DNA of 64,000 bases from Patescibacteria group bacterium (GTDB taxonomy: Bacteria; Patescibacteriota; Kazan-3B-28; UBA10110): the NCBI GenBank assembly GCA_016936175.1, contig JAFGPN010000016.1:1648-65647 (forward strand), read 5' to 3'. The position numbers were made by a program, and so were the translations under genes. Shown here one piece after another: positions 8,556 to 17,149 of this stretch; within the stretch, counting starts at the first letter, position 1; every line of letters begins with the position of its first letter. The notes below the pieces were generated by a model. It was not told where the DNA came from, did no database searches, and saw only the letters and a program-made list of their open reading frames with translations.

Positions 8556-9646
8556 TAACTCCGAAGCGGCATAATGATGTAGGTTAGACCAGATTTCTCA
8601 TCAGCCGGCCGAATCAGACCAGGGTTAAGCTTGCCTACCATCTCTATTGCCACGCTCTCTCCCCCCGCGCCGTTAAGCGCATCTAACACATACCGCGCGT
8701 TAAAGCCGATATCGTTGTCCTCTCCGGTTACCTCGGCTGTTACCGACGATTTAAAATTGCCCAGCTGAGACGAGCTCGCCTCTATGTTTACCCCACCCTT
8801 GTTAAAGGTGAGTTTTACATTATTGGCGCTCTCTCTGGCAAAAAAGCTGGCGGTTTTAATTACCCCCAACAGATCATGAGCAGAGACTACCGCCTTAGTC
8901 TTAAAGTTTTTGGGGATTACCTGGGTGTAATCTGGATATTCGCCCTCAATCACCCGAGAAACCATATCCATATCGGGGAAACTAAACATAATCTGGTTTT
9001 CCGATACGGTTATCTTTATCTTCTCTCCCCCACTAATCACTCGATAGATCTCCTGAATAGTCTTAATTGGAACAATAAACTTAGCCTCTTCCTTGGTTGG
9101 AACAGCCAATACCTTTTCGGCTAATCGGTAACTATCGGTGGCGGCCAACTTTAAAGTATTGTTGCCAACCACAAAATAGACTCCTGTAAGAATGGGCCGA
9201 GATTCGTCAAATGAGGCCGCAAATCCCACCTGATTAATCGCTGATTTTAGGAGATTGCCATCAATCTCTAATACCTCTTTTCCTTTCACCTCTGGGATGC
9301 TGGGGAACTCATCGGCTGGCATACCGTTTAGGTTTGCCTCGCTTTTATCCGTTTTGGCGTAAAGGATGCTCTCCCTATCCTCCAACTCGATTTTATCCTC
9401 GGTCAAACTACCCACAAAACTACTCAACACTCTGCCAGGAACGGTAATAGAACCTGGTTGCTCGATCTTCCCTCCCAAATAGTAACTGATGCCCATTTCT
9501 AAGTCGGTGGCCGAAAGTACAACCTGATTCTCGTCCACTTTTATCAGCACATTATTAAGAATCGGCAAGGTGCTTTTACTAGCAACAATCTTATCTAAGA
9601 CCAACAATCCCCTTTTCAGTTTTTCTAATGAGACAGATATCTTCAT
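8555..9646 (-). CDS. dnaN: DNA polymerase III beta sliding clamp
   Basis: 363 aa, located between dnaA and recF. The start MKISVSLEKLKRGL...LPILNNVLIK and end YIIMPLRS are typical of beta clamps. Confidence 0.9.
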   Translation of the reverse strand: MKISVSLEKLKRGLLVLDKIVASKSTLPILNNVLIKVDENQVVLSATDLEMGISYYLGGKIEQPGSITVPGRVLSSFVGSLTEDKIELEDRESILYAKTDKSEANLNGMPADEFPSIPEVKGKEVLEIDGNLLKSAINQVGFAASFDESRPILTGVYFVVGNNTLKLAATDSYRLAEKVLAVPTKEEAKFIVPIKTIQEIYRVISGGEKIKITVSENQIMFSFPDMDMVSRVIEGEYPDYTQVIPKNFKTKAVVSAHDLLGVIKTASFFARESANNVKLTFNKGGVNIEASSSQLGNFKSSVTAEVTGEDNDIGFNARYVLDALNGAGGESVAIEMVGKLNPGLIRPADEKSGLTYIIMPLRS

Positions 9647-9834
9647 TTCCTTAGCCTCTTATTAATAAACTATTTCTTTAATTAATTAATCTAGTAGTAA
9701 TAGAGAGTGTGGATTAGGGTATAAGTATTTTTTTGATTGATAGGCTTAATAAATATTGGTTTTAGTCTGGTGATGAATGGTGGATGGATTGTTGATAAGT
9801 TTTTGCTTAAATGCTTTCCCCAATTTAATCCACA
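9647..9834. promoter_or_regulatory. Candidate oriC segment in the dnaA-dnaN intergenic region
   Basis: AT-rich run at 9661-9703. Near-consensus DnaA boxes TGTGGATTA (9708-9716) and TAATCCACA (9826-9834), each one mismatch from TTATCCACA. Confidence 0.45.
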
Positions 9835-11219
9835 GCATAAAGTTTATCCTTGATAGTTTTTATCTCCCCCTCCAAGTCGTTATTTTCCAACAATAGGTTT
9901 TTGATCTTGTTGTAATCATGAATAATTGTGGTGTGATCTCTGCCCCCCATCTCTCGACCCACGCTCTTGTAGGGCAGGTCTAGCTCCTCGCGCAGTAAAA
10001 AGATTAGTACCTGACGGGGAAAGACTATCTCCTTGTTGCGTTTTTTGCCCAGCAACTCGTCCTTTTTAATGTCGTAATGTTTGCAGACAGCTTTTGTCAC
10101 GTCCCCCACTTTGACTATCCGTTTGCCGGGGCTGAACAGAATGCCGCCCAATAGATTCTCTACCTCGTCATTGGTTGGGATGGTGTTATTAAGCTGGCCG
10201 AACGCCACTACTCGAGTTAAGGCTCCCTCTAGCTCGCGGATGTTGTTTTGAATCTTTCCGGCGATTGCCTCTAATATGTAGTCGGGTAGCTGAAAATCTA
10301 AATTAGCCGCTTTTGAGCGTAACACTGCCAGGCGCATCTCGTAGTTAGGGGCGGAGATATCAGCAATCATCCCCCATTCAAACCGAGAGCGCAGTCGCGA
10401 TTCCAAGGTGGGGATAGCTTTTGGCGGTCGATCGGAGGCCAAAACGATCTGTTTGTTACTTTCGTATAATGCGTTAAAGGTGTTAAAGAACTCCTCTTGG
10501 GTAGCTTCGCGGCCAGCCAAGAATTGAATATCGTCGATAATTAAACAATCTACTTTACGATATTTTTCTCTGAACTCCTTGGTAGTTTTTTTATGAATTG
10601 CATCTACCAGCTCGTTAGTGAATCTTTCTGAGGTAACATAAACCACCTTTTTTTTGGGGTAGAGCGTCAGGATCTCATTACCAGCCGCCTGCAATAGATG
10701 AGTTTTGCCCAATCCAACCCCGCCGTAGATAAATAGTGGGTTGTAAGTAATGCCCGGGGCTTTGGCCACGGCTGTGGTAGCGGCGTTAGCTAGTTTATTG
10801 CTTTCTCCCACCACAAAGGTTTCGAAAGTATAACGAGGATTTAATCTGTCCACCGCATCGCGGGTGGTCGAGGGCTTTGAGGCTGCGTTGGTGCGAGTAG
10901 CGGCGGTAGCAACCGATGCGGGTGCGGAGAATAAAGTTGTCTGTTCTTGTCTGGGTGAGCTTCCTACTATGTATTTGATATTAGTGAGGTTAGGCAAACT
11001 CTTTGCCAGACAACGGCGTAACTCTTTCTCGTATTTCTTTTGTAGCCACTCTAAAGTAAACACGTTTGGAACGCGAAGTAACACCTCGGTATCGGTGATA
11101 TCTATAATCTCTGTATTTTTTAGCCAGGTGTTGAAGTTGGCTTTACTCAAAGACACCTCGGCTTCGCCCAAAACGTTTTGCCACAACCGCTGTTTATCCA
11201 CTACCCTCGGATCGCTCAC
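9825..11219 (-). CDS. dnaA: Chromosomal replication initiator DnaA
   Basis: AAA+ Walker A GGVGLGKTHLLQA, Walker B LIIDDIQF, and C-terminal DNA-binding signature GGRDHTTIIHDYNKI. Confidence 0.95.
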   Translation of the reverse strand: MSDPRVVDKQRLWQNVLGEAEVSLSKANFNTWLKNTEIIDITDTEVLLRVPNVFTLEWLQKKYEKELRRCLAKSLPNLTNIKYIVGSSPRQEQTTLFSAPASVATAATRTNAASKPSTTRDAVDRLNPRYTFETFVVGESNKLANAATTAVAKAPGITYNPLFIYGGVGLGKTHLLQAAGNEILTLYPKKKVVYVTSERFTNELVDAIHKKTTKEFREKYRKVDCLIIDDIQFLAGREATQEEFFNTFNALYESNKQIVLASDRPPKAIPTLESRLRSRFEWGMIADISAPNYEMRLAVLRSKAANLDFQLPDYILEAIAGKIQNNIRELEGALTRVVAFGQLNNTIPTNDEVENLLGGILFSPGKRIVKVGDVTKAVCKHYDIKKDELLGKKRNKEIVFPRQVLIFLLREELDLPYKSVGREMGGRDHTTIIHDYNKIKNLLLENNDLEGEIKTIKDKLYAVD

Positions 11220-11327
11220 AAGGTAATTTTATTACAGTTATCCCCAAACAACAATTGATATCAACGCCTCATTATACGCTAAATTGATGGAGGGCCAATT
11301 AAATTGACCAATCAAAAGCTTTACAGC
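11220..11327. promoter_or_regulatory. dnaA upstream region / second candidate oriC segment
   Basis: Divergent dnaA/rpmH intergenic region. DnaA-box-like TTATCCCCA at 11238-11246. Confidence 0.35.
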
Positions 11328-11450
11328 TATACCCCGTTAGAAGTCCGACCCGTCTTCTGCCTAATTAACCCTGATTTACTCCCGCGGGAAACGTTTTACC
11401 CACCAATTTGGTAGTTTGAGATTTGTCCGGTAAACTTCTAACGGGGTATA
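11328..11450. repeat. Long-range inverted-repeat (LIR) element, copy 1
   Basis: Perfect 17-bp arms TATACCCCGTTAGAAGT (11328-11344) and ACTTCTAACGGGGTATA (11434-11450) enclosing 89 nt. It lies 30 nt upstream of rpmH. Confidence 0.8.
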
Positions 11451-11480
11451 CTAAACAGGTAACATCCCTTAATTAACCTT

Positions 11481-11615
11481 ATGAAACGGACATATCAGCC
11501 TAAAAAACGCAAACGCCTACGCAAATTTGGTTACCGTGCCCGAATGGCGACCAAGGGTGGACGTAAGGTGGTAGCCAGACGAAGAGCTAAGGGCCGTAAA
11601 AAGCTTTCGGAGTAA
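11481..11615 (+). CDS. rpmH: 50S ribosomal protein L34
   Basis: 44-aa ORF not in the supplied track: [44 protein letters not shown]. Canonical position before rnpA. Confidence 0.9.
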   Translation: MKRTYQPKKRKRLRKFGYRARMATKGGRKVVARRRAKGRKKLSE

Positions 11616-11640
11616 TCCTTAACCCCAACAGAGGAACCCC

Positions 11641-11913
11641 ATGGAAAGAGGATACCGAGGATACGCCGATAGCCCAGCCTTTACTTTAAAATATCCCCCT
11701 AGCTCCGACCGGGCTAAGCGAATTAGGGTGGTGGTAAGTGCCAAGGTGGCCAAGAAGGCCGTCATGCGGAATCTAATCAAGCGGCGCCTTCGGGATATTT
11801 GGAGGCTGATCGGTAGTGGCCCGTTGCCCCACATCTACGTTAAGAAAGCGGCTCTAACGATGTCATTTGCTCAGTTGAAAGCCGAGTTAGATAGATTAAT
11901 AAAGAAACGATGA
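11641..11913 (+). CDS. rnpA: Ribonuclease P protein component
   Basis: Contains AKKAVMRNLIKRRLRD (RNR-type motif) and sits between rpmH and yidD. The start codon is uncertain. Confidence 0.75.
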   Translation: MERGYRGYADSPAFTLKYPPSSDRAKRIRVVVSAKVAKKAVMRNLIKRRLRDIWRLIGSGPLPHIYVKKAALTMSFAQLKAELDRLIKKR

Positions 11914-12143
11914 AACAGTTTGCATTAGCACTAATTCGCCTCTACCAACTTACCCTGTCGCCTGATCACGGCTGGTTTAAAGCGGCGTATCCTTACGGGC
12001 ATTGCCGATTCTCCCCCAGTTGTTCCGAGTATGCTAGGCAGGCAGTTGAACAAAAAGGAGCAGCCAAGGGCTTGAGCCTGGCAATCTGGCGAGTGCTACG
12101 ATGCAATCCGTGGAATCGGGGTGGCATCGACCCAGTAAAATAA
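11910..12143 (+). CDS. yidD: Membrane protein insertion efficiency factor YidD
   Basis: Motifs CRFSPSCSEYA and RCNPW..GGIDPV. Confidence 0.85.
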   Translation: MKQFALALIRLYQLTLSPDHGWFKAAYPYGHCRFSPSCSEYARQAVEQKGAAKGLSLAIWRVLRCNPWNRGGIDPVK

Positions 12144-12146
12144 ACC

Positions 12147-12914
12147 ATGAATAACCTCATCCCCAAATACACCTTTAACGAAAATGCCTGGATTACCAAG
12201 TTGCTGTATAAGCCGCTGTTAAACGTGTTGATGTTACTCTACGTTTACATCCCGGGCCACGATTTTGGTGTGGCCATTATTGTATTGACCTTAATCATTC
12301 GTGCCATCCTCTTCCCATCCTACCTGGGCACACTCAGGTCGCAGTGGGCGCTAAAAAAGATTCAGCCCAAGCTAGATGAAATTAAAAAACTTCATCAAGA
12401 TGACAAAACCAAGCAATCCCAGGAAATGATGAAGATATACAAAGATCACAAAGTCAACCCGCTGGGTAGCTGTTTGCCACTAATAATCCAAATTCCCATT
12501 TTGTTTGCCTTGTACCGGGTATTCTCGATCGGGCTAACCACCGACAGCCTTACTCATCTCTACGACTGGTTTCCCCGGGTACCCGAAGCCATTAACACCA
12601 CCTTCCTGGCCTTTACCCATATACCCCAGTTGCAGGTAAATTTGGCCAATCCTAATATGTATCTAGCGATTACTGCCGCCGCCTGTCAGTTACTGCAGAG
12701 CTGGTTAACCACTAAGTTTCAGCCGGTTCAGGGCGAAGGGATGGCTAAGATGATTAATATGCAGATGTTATATTTGTTTCCCATAATGACCGGGTTTATC
12801 GCCTGGAGCTTACCGGCCGCATTAGCGTTATACTGGATCGCTACGACCGTGTTCACCATTTTGCAACAACTATTTGTTATTACCCCAGCAGGTCGAAGAT
12901 TAGTCGAAAAATAA
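12147..12914 (+). CDS. yidC: YidC/Oxa1-family membrane protein insertase (short form)
   Basis: Multi-TM protein with KVNPLGSCLPLIIQIPILFALY, in the conserved rnpA-yidD-yidC-jag order. Confidence 0.85.
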   Translation: MNNLIPKYTFNENAWITKLLYKPLLNVLMLLYVYIPGHDFGVAIIVLTLIIRAILFPSYLGTLRSQWALKKIQPKLDEIKKLHQDDKTKQSQEMMKIYKDHKVNPLGSCLPLIIQIPILFALYRVFSIGLTTDSLTHLYDWFPRVPEAINTTFLAFTHIPQLQVNLANPNMYLAITAAACQLLQSWLTTKFQPVQGEGMAKMINMQMLYLFPIMTGFIAWSLPAALALYWIATTVFTILQQLFVITPAGRRLVEK

Positions 12915-13382
12915 TTGGAAAATAATATGGAAGAGATTGTCGATTACATTAAGCAAGTAATAGCGGGGATGTTTGCCAAGTGGCCAATTAAGGTCGAGGT
13001 AGAGGCTTCACCGGAGGATGACTTTGTGATGGTCGATCTTAAGACCAACAACGACGCATTATTTATCCAGCCCAAGGCCGACCCACTCCTGGCACTTCAA
13101 CATCTAGTTCGTCTGATGGTGCGGCAAAAATTTCCGGAGACGTCCGTTCACCTGACAGTTAATATTGGTGATTTTCATCAACGTCAGCGTGATGCTCTAA
13201 CCAAAGTGGCTGAAGACGCGATCAAGCAGGCTAAACAAAGTGGCGCTCCTATATACCTTTCGCCGATGTCTTCTTTTGAGCGGCGAATCGTTCATATGGT
13301 AGTCGCGGCAGACGCCGACGTTAGCTCGGAGAGCTCGGGGGTAGGAGCTGGTCGCCGGGTGGTAGTCAAACCTGCCGCTTAA
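12915..13382 (+). CDS. jag: Jag/KhpB-like RNA-binding protein (KH plus R3H)
   Basis: C-terminal R3H-type segment LSPMSSFERRIVHMVV, and position after yidC. Confidence 0.7.
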   Translation: MENNMEEIVDYIKQVIAGMFAKWPIKVEVEASPEDDFVMVDLKTNNDALFIQPKADPLLALQHLVRLMVRQKFPETSVHLTVNIGDFHQRQRDALTKVAEDAIKQAKQSGAPIYLSPMSSFERRIVHMVVAADADVSSESSGVGAGRRVVVKPAA

Positions 13383-13399
13383 GGGAGGTTTTAGGCTCG

Positions 13400-13478
13400 T
13401 CCCGTTTAAAATCACTTATCGGGACAATCTACATTCAGTTTTGGCCGAGTAATTACGCTAAGTCGATTTCTAACGGGA
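13400..13478. repeat. LIR element, degenerate short copy 2
   Basis: Arms TCCCGTTTAAAATC (13400-13413) and GATTTCTAACGGGA (13465-13478) pair at 12 of 14 positions. The last A is the A of the flippase ATG. Confidence 0.45.
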
Positions 13479-14905
13479 TGAATGTTTCGCGGCGAATCGC
13501 TGGCAACACCATAATCCAGATATTTAGCAAGGCGGTTACCGCCGCTACTTCCGCATTGGTGCTAGCCTACCTGGCTCGCTATTTAGGCGTCAGTGGCTAC
13601 GGCGACTACGTTACAGTCTTTGCCTATTTGGGCATCTTCGGTGTGCTGGTGGATTTAGGTATCTTTGTTACTAGCGTGCGGGAGATTGCTAAAAGCCCCG
13701 AGGCCGAGCGCCAGATTGTGGGCAATGTGTTGGGGCTACGGTTAGTAGTTGGGGTGATAATATTTGCTATCGCCTCTGCCTTGGCTTTTATTATCCCCTA
13801 CTCTCCGCTAGTGCGCCTGGGTATTTTATTAGGATCGGTCTCCCAATTGTTTTTAGTGGTCAATCAGGCGCCGGTCAGTTTGTTTCAGGCCAGGCTAATT
13901 ATGCACCGAGCCGCTATCGCCGATATCGTGGGACGGTTGGTGTTGCTGGCGTTAGTCTGGTGGTTTATTAAATTACAGTTGGGTTTTCTGCCGATGATTG
14001 GGGCAGTGGCGATTAGCACCTTCGTTACCTTTGTTGTTAGCATGATGCTGGCGATTAAGGTTAGTGCCATCTGGCCACGTTGTGATTGGGCAATTTGGCG
14101 GCGGATTTTAATCCTGGCCTTGCCGATGGGGGCAGTGATGATTCTAAGCACCGTCTACTTTCGGGTCGACACAGTGTTGTTATCACTGATGAAGGATAGT
14201 TTTGACGTGGGGGTTTATGGAGCTCCCTACAAGATATTAGAAGTGCTATTGGCTATCCCCACCATCTTTATGAGCTCGGTATTGCCAGTGATGACGCGGG
14301 CGTTAGACGAGCACAACAAAAACCATGCCCTAGGGATATTTAGAAGGTCGTTTGATTTTATGAGTATCGCTTCGCTACCTTTGGTGGTGGGGACGATTCT
14401 ATTAGCTACCCCGATCATGGTATTAATTGCTGGCCCAGACTTTGCCATCTCCGGACCGGTATTAGCAATTATCATATTAAAATTAGCCGGATCTGCACTC
14501 AACAGTGTGATGATCTACACCATTATTGCGGCTGGCGCACAACGTCGCTTGCTACTGCCCTATGCTATTGCGGTAGTATTTAACGTTAGTGCTAACCTGG
14601 TGCTAATCCCTACCTATAGTTATATGGGGGCCTCCGTAGTCACCGTTTTGACCGAGGCATGGGTGTTGATAGCGGCCGGTTATTTGGTTGGTAAATATCT
14701 GCGGCTAACTCCAAGCTGGGGGGTGTTGCTTAAATGTTTAGTGGCGAGCGGGGTGATGGGTGTTGTGGTTTGGTGGTCAGGCGACATTGGTCTTTGGTTA
14801 AAGATTGGGATAGGCGTTGTCGTCTATGTAGCTGGGATATTTTTGCTTAGAGCTATTCGACTTAAAGATATTCACGAGCTACTGCCTAAATTCAATCGCG
14901 TATGA
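13478..14905 (+). CDS. Polysaccharide/oligosaccharide flippase (MOP/Wzx-like)
   Basis: 475 aa, highly hydrophobic with many predicted helices and a typical Wzx-like N-terminus. It leads a glycosyltransferase cluster. Confidence 0.7.
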   Translation: MNVSRRIAGNTIIQIFSKAVTAATSALVLAYLARYLGVSGYGDYVTVFAYLGIFGVLVDLGIFVTSVREIAKSPEAERQIVGNVLGLRLVVGVIIFAIASALAFIIPYSPLVRLGILLGSVSQLFLVVNQAPVSLFQARLIMHRAAIADIVGRLVLLALVWWFIKLQLGFLPMIGAVAISTFVTFVVSMMLAIKVSAIWPRCDWAIWRRILILALPMGAVMILSTVYFRVDTVLLSLMKDSFDVGVYGAPYKILEVLLAIPTIFMSSVLPVMTRALDEHNKNHALGIFRRSFDFMSIASLPLVVGTILLATPIMVLIAGPDFAISGPVLAIIILKLAGSALNSVMIYTIIAAGAQRRLLLPYAIAVVFNVSANLVLIPTYSYMGASVVTVLTEAWVLIAAGYLVGKYLRLTPSWGVLLKCLVASGVMGVVVWWSGDIGLWLKIGIGVVVYVAGIFLLRAIRLKDIHELLPKFNRV

Positions 14906-15978
14906 TTATCGGTATAGATGTTAGAGAGGGCGTAAGGCCAAACCGAGCTGGCAAGGGCGAGTATGTGTATCAATTGGTGACTCACCTGATTAAGCATGCC
15001 GAACATAGATTTATATTGTTTAGTGATGCCGAACTGCCAACCGAATGGCAGTTGCCTAATGTTCAAAAAAGGGTGTGGCGAGTAGGAAGCTGGTTATGGC
15101 AAGGGCTAATGGTTGTCTATCTTAATCTCTGGCGGCCGGTCGATGTCTATCTCTCTACCACCAGTGTGATATTGCCAGCTTTAACTTGGCGGCTACCAAT
15201 GGTTACGGTGTTGTTCGATTTTGTTAGTTTTCTATTTGCCGATCAGCACAAATCTAAGGCAGTGCTGTTCGAAAAAATTTGGATGCGACCGGCCATCAAT
15301 CGCTCCAAGGCCTTATTATCTATCTCCCAGTCGACCAAAAATGATGCAGTAAAGTTGTTTGGAGTTAACCCAGACAAAATCACTGTTAGCTACCTTGGGC
15401 CGGCTATTGCCGAAGAGTCCTCTCCAGTTGCCTTGCCGGCCACCTCCACTATTTTATTTGTCGGGACATTAGAGCCGCGAAAAAACGTGGTAGTTTTAAC
15501 AGAAGCGTTTAACCAGTTGCGCCTTCAGGGCGTTGCCTGCAGTTTGGTTTTGGTCGGTGGTTGGGGGTGGCAGAGCGAAGAGATTAAAGCCGCCATTGCC
15601 AATAGTCCCTTCACCTCCGATATCAAGGTGCTGGGCTATGTTTCCGAGCCTCAAAAAACTTTTCTCTATCAACACGCTACTGTTTTAGCTTTTCCTTCAC
15701 ATTACGAAGGATTTGGCATGCCACCATTGGAAGCCATGAGCTTGGGTCTGCCGGTCATAACCACCACAGCTTCATCGTTGCCCGAGGTGGTTGGCGACGC
15801 GGCCATCTTGGTTTCTCCCGATTCAGTAAACGAGCTAACCCAAGCCCTTCGCCGAGTTTTAACCGATGAGCCCCTGCGTCAACGCTTAGCTCAAGCTGGT
15901 TTAGCACAGAGCCAGAAATTTAATTGGCAAAATACCGCAGATGTTACACTGGGAGTGTTAATCAACGCTCGTGCCTAA
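14902..15978 (+). CDS. Glycosyltransferase, GT4 (GT-B) family
   Basis: C-terminal E-x7-E region PSHYEGFGMPPLEAMSLGLPVITT. Start overlaps the flippase stop (ATGA). Confidence 0.8.
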   Translation: MIIGIDVREGVRPNRAGKGEYVYQLVTHLIKHAEHRFILFSDAELPTEWQLPNVQKRVWRVGSWLWQGLMVVYLNLWRPVDVYLSTTSVILPALTWRLPMVTVLFDFVSFLFADQHKSKAVLFEKIWMRPAINRSKALLSISQSTKNDAVKLFGVNPDKITVSYLGPAIAEESSPVALPATSTILFVGTLEPRKNVVVLTEAFNQLRLQGVACSLVLVGGWGWQSEEIKAAIANSPFTSDIKVLGYVSEPQKTFLYQHATVLAFPSHYEGFGMPPLEAMSLGLPVITTTASSLPEVVGDAAILVSPDSVNELTQALRRVLTDEPLRQRLAQAGLAQSQKFNWQNTADVTLGVLINARA

Positions 15979-17149
15979 ATCAATTTATTTTGTCGGTTTT
16001 GTTATCGTTAGCTTAGCCCTGATCGGTGGTCAACTACTGCGGATTTCATTTGGAGGTATAGCCATTACCGCCTTGGATGCGGTGGTATTGGGCTGGGCGG
16101 TTTTTTGGTTGTGGGACCTGCTAACTAAATTACACCGCTATCCCATCCCCCAATTTTTATGGTGGGGCATGGCTTTCTTCGGCGTGGCTCTAATCTCGTT
16201 GATCGGAGCCTTGCGTTTTATCAGCACACCCGAGTTGGCGGTGGCTTTTAGTTATCTTATCCGCTGGGGCGCTTACACCACCTTAGTCTACTTGGGCTAT
16301 GCCCTGGCAAAATCATCCCGATTGATTCCGGCGTTAGGGTTAGTTTTTGGGCTAGTCGCGGTTTTGGGTATTGGTCAGTGGCTGGTTGCTCCCGATATCA
16401 GCTTTTTGGAGCGTTTTGGTTGGGACCCGCATCAAGGTCGATTAGTGTCCACTTTTTTAGACCCTAATTTTGTGGGTGGATTTTTAGTAATTGGCCTATC
16501 TCTTGCCCTGCCGCAGTTGTTTACTAAGCAACACCAAAACTGGCGTTGGTACTGGGCCGTCATTGGGGGCTTAACGCTGGTCGGTATCTATCTAACCTTC
16601 TCTCGTAGCGCTCTGCTGGCTCTATTAATAGCAGTCCTAATCATCGGCACGCTTAAATATCGTCAGGTTGCCGCAGTTCTGCTTGTGGTTATGGTTTTGG
16701 TCTATATCATTTCGCCCAAACTCCAAGATAGAGTTAAGGGGGCTTTGGTTATTGATCAGACTGCTCGTTATCGGATCGAATCATGGAGTGAAGGGCTAAA
16801 TATTATGCGAGCCGAACCTTTACTGGGCGTTGGTTTCAATACCCTGTTGTATACCCGGGATCGTTACGGTTATTGGCCCGGTGGTCATGCCAGTAGCGGA
16901 TTTGATAGTAGTTTACTTACGGTCGGTGCCACTACCGGCGGGTTAGGGCTGCTGGCCTACTTGGGGTTACTGGTAAGCGCCCTGCTCTTAGCTTGGCGAA
17001 AGTGGCGAAGTTCCTCAGCCCCAATCGCGCTTAGCTTCTTGGCTGCCACCGGTGCCCTGCTGGTTCACTCCCTATTTGTTAACAGCTTGCTTTATCCCTC
17101 GGTTTTAGTGGTCTGGTGGATTATATTAGGTTTAGTATGGGCGATCTAA
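15971..17149 (+). CDS. O-antigen ligase/polymerase-like (Wzy_C) membrane protein, paralog 1
   Basis: About 10 TM helices with the segment TFSRSALLALLIAV and a large loop before the last helices. Recall of the Wzy_C/O-antigen ligase architecture. Confidence 0.6.
   Translation: MPKSIYFVGFVIVSLALIGGQLLRISFGGIAITALDAVVLGWAVFWLWDLLTKLHRYPIPQFLWWGMAFFGVALISLIGALRFISTPELAVAFSYLIRWGAYTTLVYLGYALAKSSRLIPALGLVFGLVAVLGIGQWLVAPDISFLERFGWDPHQGRLVSTFLDPNFVGGFLVIGLSLALPQLFTKQHQNWRWYWAVIGGLTLVGIYLTFSRSALLALLIAVLIIGTLKYRQVAAVLLVVMVLVYIISPKLQDRVKGALVIDQTARYRIESWSEGLNIMRAEPLLGVGFNTLLYTRDRYGYWPGGHASSGFDSSLLTVGATTGGLGLLAYLGLLVSALLLAWRKWRSSSAPIALSFLAATGALLVHSLFVNSLLYPSVLVVWWIILGLVWAI

Noticed and set aside
11328-11450. 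LIR arms as integron attC sites (GTTAGAA / TTCTAAC resemble GTTRRRY / RYYYAAC)
   Set aside because: The order of the half-sites is the reverse of attC (RYYYAAC first, GTTRRRY last). No intI or attI is present, and the flanked genes are core housekeeping genes, not cassettes.
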